A DNA stretch of 63,811 nt, the filler included, from Polymyxa betae A26-41 (lineage: Eukaryota > Protista > Endomyxa: Phytomyxea), in NCBI GenBank assembly GCA_003693705.1. It is 6 parts of 6 records of this genome, joined end to end, with 100 filler letters (N's around TTAATTAATTAA, not from the genome) between each part and the next. Parts side by side here need not be neighbours in the genome. Positions count along the whole stretch, not along the records: positions 1 to 13,212 come from RBZT01000886.1; 5 more parts are not named here. The stretch is one strand, 5' to 3'. The first letter of the stretch is position 1, and each line of letters starts with the position of its first letter. Below, piece by piece: positions 1 through 13,312 of this stretch. A program made the translations under genes and the position numbers. Below the pieces are notes generated by a model. It searched no databases. It was not told where the DNA came from and saw nothing but the letters and a program-made list of their open reading frames with translations.

Positions 1-2556
1 AGATACTCCACTTGTGGAAAATATTCTGCCACAATACTTCACTTCCAGAGCAAAGAATTCACATTTATCAACATTGAACTTAATGTTGAACTGTGTAGCC
101 AAATCTAGAACTCTTTCCAAATTGGCAAACCAATCTTCCAACGTCGGTGCATGTCCAAGGAGATCATCGATCCAGATNNNNNNNNNNNNNNNNNNNNNNN
201 NNNNNNNNNNNNNNNNNNNNNNNNNNNNNNNNNNNNNNNNNNNNNNNNNNNNNNNNNNNNNNNNNNNNNNNNNNNNNNNNNNNNNNNNNNNNNNNNNNNN
301 NNNNNNNNCTGGAATTCCCCAGATAACAAATGGACTCTAAAAATGGCATCGACCAAAGTGTGCTTTCTGATATTGCGTTCACAGCTATCAAATCCACACA
401 TATCCTGTGACCGCCTCCGGCCTTTGTAACCACTACTACAGTGGAAGCCCATTGCGAGTTGAGGTTCTCATAAATAAAGCCATTCTGAACTAATTCTTCA
501 GTAAACTCTTTCAAGAACTGACTTTGTTCCTGACTATATCTTCTAGGTTTACATTTATATGGCTTTGCATTCGGTTTGAGATTGGTAACAAATGGGATCA
601 CATTCGCTGGTAAATCTGCTCCCATTTTCACCCTAAATGTGTGGATATACTTATACAGAAGATTCCGTAACTTATCAACGCATATAACCTCTAGACCAGC
701 ACCAATAGCATGATCTAAGGTTCTATCCAAGCTCAATCTGACTCTATCCTCCTCTGCGCCATCAAGCGTAAACTCATGGCTATCTCGAGGCTTTGATATT
801 AAGACATCCAATGCACTGTAAGGGTCGAATCCTACTAGCTGCAGAATGTCACTACCCAAGATTATCTCTTCTCCTGGGACATCCCACACAAAAAATCTGT
901 GTCCTTGAATCGGCACGTGACCCTTCTTAGTGAGAATCTTAAGATCTACTCTTAAAGCCTCAAAAGCCTCAATGGTGCTTTGACTATCACCTAGCTTGAT
1001 CCAGATAGGTTCATCCAACCTTTCGGGCTCACTGTAGCCAGAGTCAACAATCTTGTCTGCAATCTGCTTAGGAATAAGCGAGACTTGATTAGCACCACAC
1101 CACTGTCTAAAATAGCTGGGACTGTACAATCATGTCCAATCTGAACTAAGACAGTCCTCTCACTATCGAATCTCACAGCATACATCACGATATAATCAGA
1201 GGAGGTTTTCTGCTTTTAATTTGCTTTCAATTCTGGGCATAATCGACGGAGATGACCCTTCTTATGGCACTGAAAACATTCAATGTTTTTGCCCTTGGTT
1301 TCATCGATCTGGTTGGAGCGGGGACGCTTCTGCCCTGATCGCCCAGAATTCTTCGTGGCCTGTATCTTGCTCTCTTGACCAGGCTTTCTATTCTTTTCCT
1401 CTCGATACTTGCTGCTAACCTGGCTCTGACAGGTGGCAACAAGATCCATCATGACCGTGAACTCGATGAAACATGAGGGGATTCTTCCCAACATCCGGGT
1501 CACGAACAATCTCTGTCCGCAGCATCTCCTGAAGAGCTGCCGGACGCACAGCCTTGAGTAGGAACTTGACCAACCTGGTCCTGCCTTCCTCGCTGTTTCT
1601 AAGACTGGCAAACCCATGATTTTGAATAATATTTTCAAAATTCTGCATGAGTTCCTCCACTCCATCTAAAGGAGCCCCCTGGGTCCATCGCATTTTCAAG
1701 TTTGACATAGTACTCTCAACACGATAGACCTGCTTCGGTTCTATAGCCAGCTCTTGACAGATCCAGTTCAAAAGAACCCGATCACAAAGAAGGCAAACAT
1801 CAAGAGAGGGAACTAGGCACCACTGAGAGATATAGCAAAGCTTCTCTGGTGCTATCAATGACCGCCATGTAACAGGGCTCCTAGCCTGTCGCCTCCGGTC
1901 ATAATACTCTTTCGATAACGCATACCAGTGCGCTAGCTCTGCTCTAGAATTGCCATTATATACAGTAGGGTTATCCTGGTTAAGAACCACTGCATTAAAA
2001 TGACTCTCTGGGAGGTTGGCTAATGGCTGAGCCAACAATATATTAGGGTTAGGGTTAGGGTTTGGAAGCGCAGCCTCCACTTGGGTGGTACCCCCTACCG
2101 ATGCAATAACCCCGTGCATACCCTCCTGGGGATTTGCAACCTCTAGCGCAGCCAACTGTTGCCGCGCAGCCTCCAACGCAGCTTCTGGCCGCGAGGCCTC
2201 CTGCGCATCTTCTGCCGCGAGGCCTCCTGCGCAGCCCCTTGCGAGGACGCAGCCTCGGGCGGAGCCCCTTGCTGCGTGGCCTCATGCGCAACCCTCTGGG
2301 GTGGCGCGGCCTCTGCAATACTGCCCTGGTTGTGAGGCCCGACTTGGTCATCACCAGCGCCAGCTGGGCGCTATTCGGCAGCTGAGCTCGTGTCCANNNN
2401 NNNNNNNNNNNNNNNNTTGCACGAAGAAATAGTGAAGATGAATCTCTATTAATTATATGCGTATTCAAGCCCTTAGTAAATCCAGAAATTCATCGGAGTT
2501 GATTGATAGCCAGAGTATGCGTAAATTAGAGCCATACAATATCCAATATTGTTACA
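1..2556 (-). mobile_element. Ty3/Gypsy LTR retrotransposon, 5' part (5' LTR, gag, protease, RT), frameshifted
   Basis: Minus strand starts TGTAACAA at 2556 (LTR-like start). gag ORFs 1415-2176 and 1216-1665 with CCHC knuckle CFQCHKKGHLRRLC; protease AILDSG (~1105) and IILGSDIL; RT SQWASTVVVV..HRICVDL and IWIDDLL (163-174). PR-RT order is Gypsy-type. Confidence 0.9.
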
Positions 2557-3579
2557 AGTCACAATCCCACTGACAGGAAGGAGACCGTCACGGAACGCGC
2601 CACAGATCGGTCGTACTGGCCTCCGTGCATTTTAGATCGCCAATGTATCGTAAAGTGCGAAGGTCAGGAAAAAATCGACGGCCTTGCGCAAATATTGACA
2701 GAGCTGGGCCAGTGCGAATTACGAATGTTGCAAATTTGGGTTTCGTCGACAGTGACGACAGTCAGGGGCCAGTCAGAATCCATTGACCGGACGGCGACCG
2801 TCACGGAACGCGCCATGGATTGGTCGTACTGGACTCGGGATATTCTATATATCGCAAATGTATCGTAAAGTGCGTGGATCTGGAAAATAACGACGTTGTC
2901 ACGCCAATATTGACGGAGTTTCAAAATTTTGAAAAAAGAATGCAAATTAGGGTTTCCGCCGACTGTGCCAGCCAACGTCCTGCCAATTGTTATAGCGATC
3001 GAGAGGGCAATCACGTATTTCGCTCAATAAAGACAGAAAAAGTCCCGTTTTTTTCGAGCCGGTTTCGGCCAACGTGAAACATACTGGCCCGCGGACTTTA
3101 CGTTACACTGAAGAATGAACATTCGCCAAATTTATTCGGGATTTCGCGTCCTCTGTGGCTTCCTGGGGACCATACTGGAACGTACTGGCTCGCGGACTTT
3201 ACGTTACATTGAAAAATCAAAATTCGTCAAATTTGAAGGGCATTTAGGCGTGGTCCGTGGCTTCGTTGGGGGTGACAACTGTGAGCCCATCACCTGGGTA
3301 CCCGCGTCAGCGGGTCAGTGATCGAGCGATGTAAGAGGTGGCTTCGCTGAGGGTGACAGCTATGAGCCCACCATCGGGGTATCCGCGTCAGCGGGTCGGT
3401 GATCGAGCAGTTACACTAAAAAAATAAAAAAAATCCCCCACAGAGTTGCGCCGGTGCCACCCAAAGAACTTCGAAATTTCGTCTGACCGATTGCGAATCA
3501 AGGGTTGCGCTCCTATAGCAGCTCTGTGCTCGGAAGGTTTCGCCTTGGCTAGAAAACTCCGATGCGCAGATTCCGAAGA

Positions 3580-3630
3580 CTCTCTCCCTCTCTCTTTCTT
3601 TGTCTCGCTCAATCTCTGTCTCTCTGTCTC

Positions 3631-3664
<34 letters not shown>

Positions 3665-3697
3665 CCTCTCTCTCTCTCTCTCTCGCTCTCGCTCTCG
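3580..3697. repeat. Imperfect (CT)n/(AG)n microsatellite inside the Helitron
   Basis: Direct reading of the sequence. Confidence 0.9.
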
Positions 3698-3731
3698 CTA
3701 GCATGCCTTCTCGAAATCGCCAACGCTTTCC

Positions 3732-6700
3732 ATGCGGTGCGGTTCCAGCACTGTTCATTATCGGAAGTCTTCGGCGTCGTGTTTGTATCGCCAAGGTCAT
3801 TCCTTGCCAATAACCGCCGTAGCCCAGGAAGCAGCCGTAGTTGTTGGCATTGATCAACCGATTGTACCCTCAGTCGTCCAGCATCCAGCGACTGCTGCAA
3901 CCGTCGATGTCGTGGCTCCTGGCGCGGCTCCTGGTCGTCGCCGCTGTCCAGCATGTCTTGGCTTCGACCATCACAGGCGGAGCTCGCGATTGTGTCCGCA
4001 AAATGCCCACCAGGTGATGTTTGCAGCAATCCGAGTGACGGCTTCAGATGGGGAGCCGATCGCTCAGGGAATCACGTTTGTCGATGGGAGGCGCCGTTTG
4101 CTGCCAATGGATGTAGTTTGTCGTCACTGTCAGGCGCAGATGTGGGCGAACGAATGTATATCTAGCTCGTCACGTCAGCATCCAGTGTTCCGATTATGCT
4201 GTTCAAATGGAACAATCGTGCTCGATCCGCACTCACCGCTGCCATCTCCAATCTCTGAATATCTACAGCCGGATCATGCTGATCATGCCCTGTTCTTGAA
4301 GCACATTCGAACGTTGAATGGCGTTTTCGCATTCACTTCGGTTGGCTCAACTGTTCAGCCGGCATCTGGACGTGGTCCACCTGTGTAGATCATCAGTGGG
4401 CAACTGCACCATCGCATCGGATCGCTGGTGCCTGCTGGCGATAACACGCGCCCGCAGTTCGCGCAGACGTATATTTACGATGCCGATCAGCAGGAAATGA
4501 TCTGCGGGGAAAGCTTACTCTCCAGGTTGATGTCGCAACGATCAGGCGTTAGGCGTTCCAGCACTGATATCGATCGGCTGCAAGAGATTTGTCAGCAGAT
4601 CAGACGGATGATGATGTGCTGAACCCTTTCGCCCGGCAGATCTTCCATGCCGGTCAGCTCATTCAACAGGCAATTGATGAGGGAAATCGTTTTCCGGACT
4701 TTGTCCTCCGACTGCAAGCCCCGGACGCCTCATCCTCCACCCGAGTCCGGTCGACCTGTAATCTTCCAACTTCCGGCGATATTGCTGTTATCCTTCCAGG
4801 GGTCGGCGATGCCAACGAGGCAACGAATCGGGATATCTTGATTCGCGGGCGGTCGAGCCGTTTGCAACGTATCTCTCACCTGCACGCCACCTACACGCCG
4901 TTGCAGTTTCCGCTCATGTTCCCTCATGGTGATCTTGGATACAGCACAGATATTCCCAGGGCATCTCTGGCAAGAACGTCGGCAGCTGGTGTTCAGCTTG
5001 CAGGCGACGATGCTGACGATGCCGAACGCGGCGAAGCCGAGGATGATGATGATGCAGACCAGGCCGATGCAAGACAGGAGCACGACGCGGTCCACGTCAG
5101 AATGTGACGCCCCTGCAGTATTTCAGGTTTGCTCAGTGTGAAGTGTGTTTTGATATAGGGCTGAAATCCCTGATTAAGGTACCGCTTGATGATTCGCGAG
5201 GGCTGCCAAATCTTCCGATTCGGCCGCCTCTTCCATCAATGGCTGGTTGATTCATAGTGCACGTTGGAGACCTGCCGTCTAAATTTCCATCATCATCATC
5301 AGGCGAGACTGCGATCGCAGACTTATCAAGGCATCCAGGATCAGATCCGGGCTGGAGACTCCAATTTCGATGACGTCGGCCGTTGGGTGATCTTGCCCTC
5401 TTCGTTCATTGGATCGCCAAGGGACCAATTCCAGCAGTACCAGGATGCTATGTCCAGCGTTCGCAAGTACGGCAGGGCGGACCTGTTTGTTACCTATACC
5501 TGTAATCCAGCGTGGGCTGAAATCACTCGGGAATTACTTCCCGGTCAGACAGCCTCGGATCGCCCTGATTTAATCTGTCGAGTGTTCGATCTTCGTCGGC
5601 GTATGTTCCTGGATTCGATGACCAAGCACGGCATCTTCGGACGCGTAGTCGCTTTTGTTGCAGTGATCGAGTTCCAAAAGCGGGGCCTGCCACATATGCA
5701 CTCAATCCTCTGGCTTCATAACGAAGACAAGATTCGCACAGTGGATGACGTCGACGCCTTCGTTTGCGCCGAGCTGCCCGACCCGGAACTCCAGCCACGT
5801 TTGTATCAGACCGTTGTCCGGCAATGTTGCATCGGTGTTCGGCTCGCTTCAAGCCGGAACCATCTTCAGCTTGCAAGTACGGTTATCCGAAGACGTTCGT
5901 TCCCGAGACGGAGGCCACGGAGGGAACATTTCCCTGGTATCGCCGACGAGACCGGGGTCGTAGTGTTACTGCGGCAGACGGCAAGGTGTTCACGAACCAG
6001 CACGTGGTTCCGTACAATCCGTACGTTTCCAGGACTGAGGATACGCACGTCAATGTTGAATGCTGCTTCTCAATTGGATCCTTGAAGTACCTGTTCAAGT
6101 ACATCCACAAAGGCCACGACCGTGCCACATTCGCCATCGATACTGGAGGCGCGTTTGATTCGCCGGTTCGCGCAACAGCCCGAGTTCGAGCAAGGGCTGC
6201 GCCTGTCGTTGACGGTCAACCCTCTGCTGCCGCTAATTCTCCCGACTCTGAGCCGACGGTCACCAATGAGATCGACGACTTCGTTGATGGGCGATGGGTC
6301 TCGCAGACAGATTCAGCTTATCGGCTGCTCGGCTTCCAGATGCGTTGGCACATGCCCAATATTATCCGGCTGCCCGTTCACCTGGACGGGGAACAAAGCG
6401 TTTCGTTTGACCCGTCGGATCCCAAATCCGTTGCTCGATTAGTTGAAGGGCCTGCACCCGTCACAATGCTGACCGCGTTATTTACGCTGTGCCAAGGAGA
6501 CGAGCGCGCCTGCGACCTACTATCTCAAGATGTCCCAGCACTCTACACTTTCAAAGACGGACGGTAACAGCGTCGCAAGCGGAATCAGAAACAGCCTGCC
6601 ATTGCTCGACTGTTTTTCGTCACTCCACGCAATCAGGAACGGTATCATCTGCGCCTGCTGCTGCTATCGGTACCTGGTCCGTACTCTTATGAAGATCTTC

Positions 6701-8795
6701 GCACCGTTGACGGTCGTCTCTTACCGACTTTCCACCAGAGCTGCCTGGCGCGTGGTCCGTTGATCTCCGATGACGAATGGGAACGCTGCCTTTCTGAGGC
6801 TGAAACGTTCAAGATGTCTAGCCAGACGCGCCCCCTGTTTGCCAACATTCTGGTCCATTGCCGGCCTTCGAATCCTGGTGCTCTTTATTCCAAATTTCGG
6901 AATGCACTCACGGACGATACTCGCCGTCGCCGTCATCGACGTTTCGTGTCAGGAATGCCTGCTCTGCCTACTGACTGTTCGTGTGATGAGTAGTGCACAC
7001 TCAAGATCCTGGACTCTATCCTGCGATCGTTGGGATCATGTCTCGCGGAGTTCCAATCAATGCCACACATTCGGGTCTTCCGAGATGATCAAATTGGAGC
7101 GGCAGCGCAAGAAGAAGGAAATGATTTGCTGTCCGAATTGTTCGCTTCCCAAGATCGCGACACTGATCCGCTGCTCTGCAGTTCACGTTACCAACGTGAT
7201 CTTGAGACAATGAACCCCGACCAACGGAACGTTCACGATGTGATCGTTGGTTCAGTTACTGCCGTTTCCAGTGATGCCTTCCCTCCAGCCAACAAGCATC
7301 TGTTCTTCTTACTCGGCCCGGCCGGCAATGGTAAGACTTTCACCACCAACACCATCATCGATGAGATTCATTCTCGCGGTGATCGGGCGATCGTGTGTTC
7401 GTCATCCGGAATTGCGGCCCTTCTGTTACACGGTGGACGCATGGCACATTCGGTCTTCAGGATTCCAGTCCACAATCTGCACGATGAGAGCGTTTGCGCA
7501 CTGCCTCTCGATTCGGAAATCGCGACTCAGATTCGCGACTCTGCTCTGAATGTCTGGGATGAGTGTTTCATGCAACATCGCTATTGTTTTGAGGCCGTGG
7601 ACAGACTCTACCGCGATATTTGCCACCGTAACGTCCCGTTCGGCGGCAAGGTGATCCTGTTCGCATGCGATCCTCGTCAGATCCTTCCTGTCGTTCCTCG
7701 CGGTCGCCCCTCTGATGTCGTTGCCGCCAGCATCGTGTCGTCGCACTTCTGGCCCATGGTCGAGATCCTCCGGCTGACGGTCAACATGCACGTGCAAATC
7801 TTGGCCGCTCAAGGAGATGGCGATGCTGAAGAACAGCGGTCTTTTGCGCGATACCTGTCTGAGGTCGGAGATGGGGTGGCGCCCATCTTCACTTCCCAGG
7901 CAGGACTCCGCAACCAGGTCGCACTCCCTACGCAATGTTGCCTGGCCGTCGGTGACAGTTTCGACGACGACATGCAGACCCTGATCGACGCAATCTACCC
8001 AGACTTGGCGACACGATTCGATGACCGACCCTCGATTTGGCTTCGCGATGTATCCTGGCGCCGCGACATCATGCTGTCGACTCCATCAACCAGGCCTGCC
8101 TACAACAGCTGCCCGGCGACATGCTCGTGCTAACATCCATCGACTCCATGGACGACGATGAAGAGAGCGGTGCCGACTCTGTTCCGCTCGAGTTCATACA
8201 CGAGGCCAGTCCCGGCGGCCTTCCTCCTCATCGTCTCCGAGTCAAGCCCCGCATGCCTGTGATCCTTCTACGCAACATCGACGCCGACGCAGGCCTCTGC
8301 AATGGGATGCGTCTCATTCTGCTTTCAGTTCGCGACATGCTGCTCTCGTGACGCATCGTCTTCGGAACTCATGCCGGCGAGACAGTCTTTCTACCGCGGA
8401 TGGATCTGGAGCCGTCGCCCACCCAATTCCCGGTTAAGTTCCGCCGCACCCAGTTCCCAATCAAGCCGGCGTTTGCCATGACCATCAACAAGGCGCAGGG
8501 TCAGACTCTGGGCCTGGTAGGCATTTGCCTCAAGGACCAGGTGTTCTCTCACGGACAGCTCTACGTGGCTCTTTCTCGAGTTGGGGCTCCGTCAGCACTT
8601 CGCATTCTCTGCCATTTCGACGAGACAAGGCGACAATTCCATTCCAGGAACATGGTCTTCCCGACGATTGCGAGACAATTCCAAGTCGCCGAGTGTTCAG
8701 CCTCGCTCCGCTCCAGTCTCAGTTTACTCAACAAAAAGTGGGGTTTATTCAGTAAAAATCTGTTTATTGGACCTGGCTTGATAACCCAGGTATGA
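3732..8795 (+). pseudogene. Helitron Rep/PIF1-like helicase (RepHel), broken by stops and frameshifts
   Basis: Rep motifs FVTYTCNPAW, VIEFQKRGLPHMH (HUH) and KYLFKYIHKG (YxxxY). SF1B helicase motifs GPAGNGKT, WDECFM, PFGGKVILFACDPRQILPV, FAMTINKAQGQTL and FSHGQLYVALSRV. N-terminal Cys motifs CPACLGFDH..C and CRHC..CCSNG. Confidence 0.93.
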
Positions 8796-8910
8796 TGATT
8801 GACTGTATCTTTGGAAGATTCCCCTCTTTGGCAATTATCCGCCGAAACAAAAAAAAGGGTCCGGTACGACCAAAAGTCCGTTCGATGTCGAACGGACCAG
8901 GAAAACTAGT

Positions 8911-10273
8911 TCTAGATTAAAGAAAATAAGGTTTGCAATTTTTGACTGGGTGCCAGTCAGGTGGTTGACTGTACTCAAGTCGAGCTATAAGGACTTGGCC
9001 TCTTTCCCAGTCATTGCCTGGACTGGGCCCCAGTCGAGCTATAAGGACTTGGCCTCCTAGGCAGTCAGGCGCCAGTCACAATCCCAGTGACAGGACGGCG
9101 ACCGTCACTGAACGCGCCACAGACTGGTCGTACTGGCCTCCGTGCATCTTAGATCGCCAATGTATCGTAAAGTGCCAGGATCAGGAAAAAATCGACGGCG
9201 TTGAGCATAACTTGACAGAGTTGGGCCAGTTCGAATTAAGAAAATTGCAAATTAGGGTTTCGTCGACAGTGACGACAGTCAGGGGGCAGTCAGAATCCAT
9301 TGACCGAAGACGGCGACCGTCACGGAACGCGCCACGGATTGGTCGTACTGGCCTCGGGATATTTTAAATCGCAAATGTATCGTAAAGTGAGTGGATCTGG
9401 AAAATATCGACGTTGTCACGCCAATATTGACGGAGTTGGGCCAGTACGAAAAAAGAATATTGCAAATTAGGGTTTGGGACGACTGAGCCAGCCCACGACC
9501 TGCCAGTTGTTATAGCGATCGAGAGTGCAATCACGTATTTCGCTCAATAAACACTGAAAATGTCCCGTTTTTTGCAAGCGGTCTCGGTCGACGTGGTACA
9601 TACTGGACCTCGGACTTTACGTTACACTCGAAAATGAAAATTCGACAAATTTGTAGGGGGTTTTAGTCGTGAGCAATGGCATCGTTGAGGCCAACCTGTT
9701 ACAGACTGGCTCGCGGACTTTACGTTACACTCGAAAAATGAAAATTCGACAAATTTGAAGGGGATTTAGTCGTGAGCAGTGGCATCGTTGAGGCCAAACT
9801 GTAACATACTGGCTCGCGGACTTTACGTTACTCTCGAAAATGAAAATTCGACAAATTTGAAGGGGATTTACACTTGGACCGTGGCTTCGTTGGGGCTGAC
9901 AACAGTGATCCCTTCAAACGGTCTTTAGGCGATAGGGGGTCTTTTTAGGAGTATTTGATAAGAATTTTTTTGTTTTTTTTAGGGGGTCTTTTTGGGGGAT
10001 TTGTTAGGGATTTTTTACGGTTTTTTTAGGGGTCTTTATTAGGGGTTTGAATATGGCTTTGTGTTTAAAAGTGAAGTTATGAAGACTGTCTAGCCGACGA
10101 AGGAAGCTGAACTGCGCGGCGAGCGCACCGGGCGTGATGGCAGTGCCCCTACCCACTGCAATTCGATTTTCGAAAATCGAATTTTGAATCTTCACATAAT
10201 ACCAAAGCTTCAAAAGTACTTACAGCTGTGGAAAAAAGGTCCGTTCGATCCCGAACGGACGAGGAAAAACTAG
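8911..10273 (+). mobile_element. Non-autonomous Helitron (~1.36 kb) related to the upstream element
   Basis: Starts TCTAGATTAAAG. 9074-~9900 is similar to 2557-~3290. Ends with hairpin GTCCGTTCG-ATCC-CGAACGGAC (10239-10260), CTAG (10270-10273), then T. No RepHel. Confidence 0.82.
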
Positions 10274-10289
10274 TCCCTAATATATAGTC

Positions 10290-12745
10290 AGGCTAATATA
10301 TGAACTAGTTTAATTGCCACCTGAGGATTGTAAATCTTTTTGTGTGAAAAGTTTAGGGGGTTTTGATCGTGGATCGAGGCCAATACTTTTTGGAAAGTTG
10401 ATCGTCTTCCGCAACGAATGATTGGTTGGTAAGAACATGAACGATCCGAGACGAAACGTACGTCGGAAACATCTAACGCTTTCAATCTTGCAAATACATG
10501 CACCAATTTTACTGGATGATCCGGCTTTTCTGACAGCTTTTGCCCATGCTGGAAGGTCTGCCATGCTAAACATGAGCTTGAACTTGATCTTCTGACACAT
10601 TTAGCTTATGAGTCGAGTTAACGTGACCAACCTTGATCAATGCCTTGCGAGAGGAATCGTAGAGACAAAGCCCATCCCGATTCATGTAGTTAATTTCATG
10701 TGCGATCAACTTGAAGAAAGCCTGGCTGGAATACTATGATGATGATGTCATAACAACCGAGGAAGGCTTGCATCTGGCTGCTGCTGGGAGCGTCAGGTAA
10801 CCAAATAAATGTGGCCACAGCGATATCGCCGTCGAATCGTGAACTTTAACACCATCATAACAATGGGATAAAGCTATAATCATGCATTCCATGCCTATCA
10901 GTTAAACTGAATGCTTAGGAAGAAGAGCCATGCTGGTTACCTTGGGAAGATGCGGCCATGTTTTTAGTTTCAGCCAAATGAAAAGGCAAATAGGTTTCAT
11001 AGAATAGATCTCCATGAATCCAATCCGTCATTATCTCCTCTTTGGCCTGGGTTTCGTGATATTTCATAACCTGATGGCAAATGTCATTGTATCCATCCCA
11101 GAACAAGTTCGCTAATGCTGGAAAAGCGAATCTCATCTGTATCAAATCAGCATCTTGTCGAAGTATCGGTGCATTACCTGAATATCGTAAGAAAGTGGCA
11201 AGTATAAGAAGATTTGGCAATGGATCTTGAGTTCAGACAGACTGGGCATCTCTCCGCGTCCTCCAAATCATCCTGGATCTGTGCAAAGCCTTCCCAGAAA
11301 AGGGCTGCAAATGATGGAAATGAGACCCGCATCTGAGAAAATTTCCTTATTCAAAACGTGGCATCATTACCGGTATCTTCATCAACGACATACCTGTAAA
11401 TCAAAGAAATTGGCCAGTATAAAAACCGCTTGGATTCTGTTCTGGGTGCAGTACAAACAGGACATTGGCTGGCATTTTCCAGATCAAAAACGTAGATGCA
11501 GTGGCCTAGGGAACAGCATTCCATAGGGATGGGCTTCAACGACAAGAATATATCTCTGAGCAGAGAGACTTTAGCTTGATTCCATCCAGATGGGAAGTTT
11601 TTGTAGATAGGTATAGGCTCCCCTGTCTCAGGATCTGGCGCTGACGACACTTCAGAGAGATATAAAGTCAGGAATTCGTCGAAGCTTTTCCATTTGATCG
11701 CAGAGCGAAATCGTTGGTCTGCGAGCTGCATTATCTTTATCTTGATTGTTCAAGATGTTTCAGGCTCTCGATTCCGAGTTCGTGAATTTGGTTTCGAGGT
11801 ATTGTCGACAAAGTACTCAATATTGCTCTGGCGCTCTGAATGCCACTGCGAATGCGAGTGTCAAACTTATAGCAGTCACTTTCTTCTGATATGCTATCGG
11901 AGCTGATGAGTTCTGATAGATCATTCTGGTTGAGTCCCGATCCCTTATCTGTCTCATCTGCTTCATGAGAATCAGACATATTCACATCATTCATATCAGC
12001 AATAGAGCTAGTGTAACCACAGAGGTTGTACTCTGCCAAAATACCTGCCATTAAAAAGTTACGAGCTGAAGTGGATCGGTGGAATGTTATTTCAACCTTG
12101 AGTAACATGTTCTGCAATGATTTCATCACTTTCCGCTATTGCTGTGGAAAATTGAGTGCAGATTCTAGGATTTGTAAATACCTACATTCTATTTCGGAAC
12201 AAGATAATGAGGCAGGTGAAGAACCCTCGACTCGCTCTCTATCGGCTTGGCAATGCTTACTAAATGTTCGTGGATCGCGAAGCTTTCCATTGCATCTATA
12301 TGTTTGGCATTAGCAATACTGCTGTAACCCATTGCGTGTTCGCTTTGGCTTTGAAATCTTCGACATTGGAGGTGACAACCGAGATGCTTGATACGTCTTG
12401 TGTCATGCACTGTTCATAGGCTATGTGGTACTCAGAGCGATCGTCGTAATTTTACTACTCTTTATTCAATCATATTCTGAAGCCTCATTTTTTGTTTTGA
12501 AGCTGTTTCTTTAAATGTTGAACTAATTTAGTTCGTAATTTTGAGCCTGTTACAGATTCAGGATCAAACAGAACGTTTGATGAATCTCCAGATTGAACAA
12601 ATTCCTGGAGAATGGTTGCCAGCAAAAGACCGAGGCTGTCAATACCAAGCAAGAGATCAGAATTTTCACCTTCATTATTCTTGTTGCTGGATCCGTGCTT
12701 GTTTTTGTAATTTGCTTTCGATCTAGCATTGCTTAGCTTACCCAA
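10290..12745 (-). mobile_element. Degenerate CACTA/EnSpm-like (Transposase_21-type) transposase region
   Basis: Fragments ECCSLGHCIY..QCPVCTAPR..FLYWPI, MTDWIHGDLFY and ADLPAWAKA..GACIC, plus N-terminal C*CQTYRCNG..TFSKH. No TIRs identified. Confidence 0.65.
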
Positions 12746-13212
12746 AAGCTCTGAGGTGATTGTGTATTCAGAAAGGAGAGGAATGGCACAAAGGCCAAGC
12801 TTTATCTGCTTTCACGGTCTCAATATCAGCCTCAGAGCCTGGGAAATGAGCATTTGTTTCGGCCAGGAGAATTTCGGAATCGGCATTCAACGTCTCTGGT
12901 GTCATACTATTTCATGGCTCAAGTTGATTTCAAACAGACAGTTGTGTTCATACGCCGGAACTGCGCAGGTCTGTCCTGACATGCCTTATCCTGCGGCATT
13001 CTGCCAAACGCAGCGGAAATCTGCGTTTTGGATCGAGACCTGCAAAAAACCTGCAATTTTGCCAAAGTGCGCTCCGGAGCCAGGATCAGCAATGTGAGAC
13101 CATCCGCAAAAATCTGCGTCCTTTCTTATTCTAACTGCCCTTTCATGCGAAATTCCAATTGCAATGGTTTGCAAATAAATTTTGATGTAAAATTATAAAG
13201 TTTGAATGTTGT

Positions 13213-13312
13213 NNNNNNNNNNNNNNNNNNNNNNNNNNNNNNNNNNNNNNNNNNNNTTAATTAATTAANNNNNNNNNNNNNNNNNNNNNNNNNNNNNNNN
13301 NNNNNNNNNNNN
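13213..13312. other. Artificial contig spacer N-TTAATTAATTAA-N (also 29112-29210, 38056-38155, 53407-53506, 61254-61353)
   Basis: The identical 12-mer, with stops in all six frames, sits in the centre of ~100-nt N runs five times. Confidence 0.95.

Larger units (their letters stand above)
2557..8909 (+). mobile_element. Helitron, autonomous-type but degenerate; 5' end interrupted by the Gypsy LTR
   Basis: RepHel fragments plus a canonical 3' end: hairpin GTCCGTTCGA-TG-TCGAACGGAC (8876-8897), CTAG (8906-8909), then T. Confidence 0.92.

Noticed and set aside
2043-2060. (TTAGGG)3 as a chromosome end
   Set aside because: Only three units, embedded in frame within a gag ORF.
3388-4029. ORFs with ER/SL dipeptide runs
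   Set aside because: Translation artefacts of the (CT)n microsatellite.
13213-13312. Repeated TTAATTAATTAA palindrome as a biological element
   Set aside because: Always centred in ~100-nt N runs; it is a six-frame-stop assembly spacer.
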